Both the position numbers and the translations under genes were made by a program. Below, in pieces: positions 30,769 to 32,000 of a stretch of DNA of 32,000 nucleotides. This stretch comes from Bifidobacterium longum subsp. longum JCM 1217 (GTDB lineage: Bacteria > Actinomycetota > Actinomycetes > Actinomycetales > Bifidobacteriaceae): positions 2,100,001-2,132,000 of the forward strand of contig NC_015067.1 in the NCBI RefSeq assembly GCF_000196555.1, written 5' to 3'. The first letter of the stretch is position 1; each line of letters starts with the position of its first letter. Below the pieces are notes generated by a model. That model made no database searches and was not told the origin of the DNA. It saw nothing but the letters and a program-made list of their open reading frames with translations.

Positions 30769-31878
30769 TCACACTGCGTCGGGGACGAACGCTTCGAAGA
30801 TGTGGCGGTCGAAGTAGGGGGCGCACTGGGCGAGTTCATCGCTGCTGCGCACGGTCCATGAAACCGGCATCGCACCCATCGAACGAGCGAGCTTGACTTG
30901 CGGCGAAGCGCCACCAGTCCAGTCATAAGCCACGAAATCAGGACGAGACAGCCAGTCGAACGCCAGTAAGCCGGCGGCCCATTCAGCCGCACCATTCTTG
31001 CTCAGCTTCGCCGGCCAGCTCAGCTGACCGCGGCACACCTCAGGGTGATGCTCCTTGTACCAATTCACCGCGCCCGGGTGGAAGGATTCGATCACGTACG
31101 GGCCGTCATACGCCTCAAGCAAGGCGTGGCCCTTTTCCATGAGCTCTTCGCTACGCTCATCCCAAGCCCTGTTGTTGCTGAACTTGTATTCCACAATCAG
31201 CGGAGCCCGGCCGGCCACCACGTCCAGCACATCGGAGAACAGCGGCACATGCTGGTAGTACCCCTTCGGCGCGGCGGACGGCGTGACCACCAGCGGCGGG
31301 TTCGCGTCGGCACCCGGCAACGGTTCGGCCTTCAAATCGCCTGACTCGCCGTTCGGGAAGAGCGGAATACGGGCGAGTTCGTCGTAAGTCAGGTCTTCGA
31401 TGCGGCGCGGATCGCCGGCCACGCGCAACAAATCGGCGTCATGGACCACGACCACTTGGCCGTCGAGCGTAAGCTGCACGTCGAGTTCGATGCCATAGCC
31501 AGCCTCGCAGGCGGCGGCGAACGCGGCCAGCGAGTTTTCGGGAGCAATCGGACCGGTCATATCCGCACTGCCGTAGCCGGCCTTGACAGCCATGCGACGG
31601 GCAAGCGACACATAATCATCGTTTTCGGCGATGGATCGCTCAGTGGTATCGGCTTGGGCGCTAACCGGATTATCCCCACCATAATCAGCGATATCGGTAT
31701 AGCCGACCAAACCAGAACCCGCATCATGCAAGCCACGATGGGCATACCATACCTCCGGAATGGAGGGCACGAAATTACGACGCTTGTCATTGAACGTGCG
31801 CGGGGCCACGGCCCACACGGCAGCACCGGCGGCGGCCACGCCTGCCAGCGCCACGTTTCTCCAGAGCTTCGACGACAT
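30769..31878 (-). CDS. Glycerophosphodiester phosphodiesterase family protein with an N-terminal membrane anchor
   Basis: 369-aa ORF with an N-terminal hydrophobic helix (VALAGVAAAGAAVWAV), HRG (YAHRGLHD), the GDPD-type motif ENSLAAF...GIELDVQLT and VVVHD. SD AGGAAGGA lies upstream of ATG 31878. Confidence 0.85.
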   Translation of the reverse strand: MSSKLWRNVALAGVAAAGAAVWAVAPRTFNDKRRNFVPSIPEVWYAHRGLHDAGSGLVGYTDIADYGGDNPVSAQADTTERSIAENDDYVSLARRMAVKAGYGSADMTGPIAPENSLAAFAAACEAGYGIELDVQLTLDGQVVVVHDADLLRVAGDPRRIEDLTYDELARIPLFPNGESGDLKAEPLPGADANPPLVVTPSAAPKGYYQHVPLFSDVLDVVAGRAPLIVEYKFSNNRAWDERSEELMEKGHALLEAYDGPYVIESFHPGAVNWYKEHHPEVCRGQLSWPAKLSKNGAAEWAAGLLAFDWLSRPDFVAYDWTGGASPQVKLARSMGAMPVSWTVRSSDELAQCAPYFDRHIFEAFVPDAV

Positions 31879-31903
31879 TGGAATCCTTCCTGTTGGGCTG
31901 CCT

Positions 31904-32000
31904 CTAGCCTAACGCTTCTGCCAGCCATTGTGGAGTGGTTGGATCATCCGGTTTCAGCGCGCGGTCCAGGTGGTTGGCGCGCAGTGGCTCCCAGCTGAAA
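31904..32000 (-). CDS. Possible 3' end of an unidentified gene running off the window edge
   Basis: My translation of the minus strand reads ...[31 protein letters not shown] with stop TAG at 31906-31904. The codons are G/C-rich at the third position. The stop lies 25 nt upstream of the GDPD start. Only about 32 codons are visible and there is no domain call. Confidence 0.3.

Overview
This looks like a high-G+C actinobacterial chromosome segment. Gene content, gene order and the recurring GGGAGC-type intergenic hairpins fit a Bifidobacterium best; that assignment is inference only, since no search was possible. The window is dominated by core metabolism. On the minus strand: a partial ABC ATPase, a Maf-NUDIX fusion, and the thrB-hom-lysA-argS block. 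Then come TetR+MFS, LysR plus a PatB/MalY-type aminotransferase, murA, an NADH oxidase convergent with a DHOD-family flavoprotein, and leuD-leuC with a divergent IclR regulator. These are followed by a metallophosphoesterase divergent from ppk1, a NUDIX-histidine-phosphatase (MutT1-like) gene, a hypothetical gene, a solo AAA_14/DUF4143-type ATPase that looks lower in G+C by eye, upp, rlmH and a glycerophosphodiester phosphodiesterase. I found no rRNA, tRNA, CRISPR array, transposase or integrase by eye. I cannot demonstrate a complete new multi-gene system. The most unusual signals are non-coding: (1) a dyad-symmetric array of seven CATGGGGCGG motifs with exact 19-bp phasing between rlmH and the GDPD gene; (2) 3.5 tandem 23-bp repeats directly upstream of the solo ATPase, inside a compositionally atypical patch; (3) a 474-bp AT-richer divergent region upstream of ppk with an intrinsic-terminator hairpin abutting the metallophosphoesterase start and GAAC/GTTC palindromes; (4) a family of REP-like hairpins in many intergenic gaps. 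At the protein level, two nucleotide-sanitising fusions (Maf-NUDIX, NUDIX-histidine phosphatase) and the arrangement metallophosphoesterase / ppk1 / NUDIX-HP suggest a testable polyphosphate or nucleotide-polyphosphate turnover module. All coordinates come from manual reading. Composition statements are by eye, not computed.
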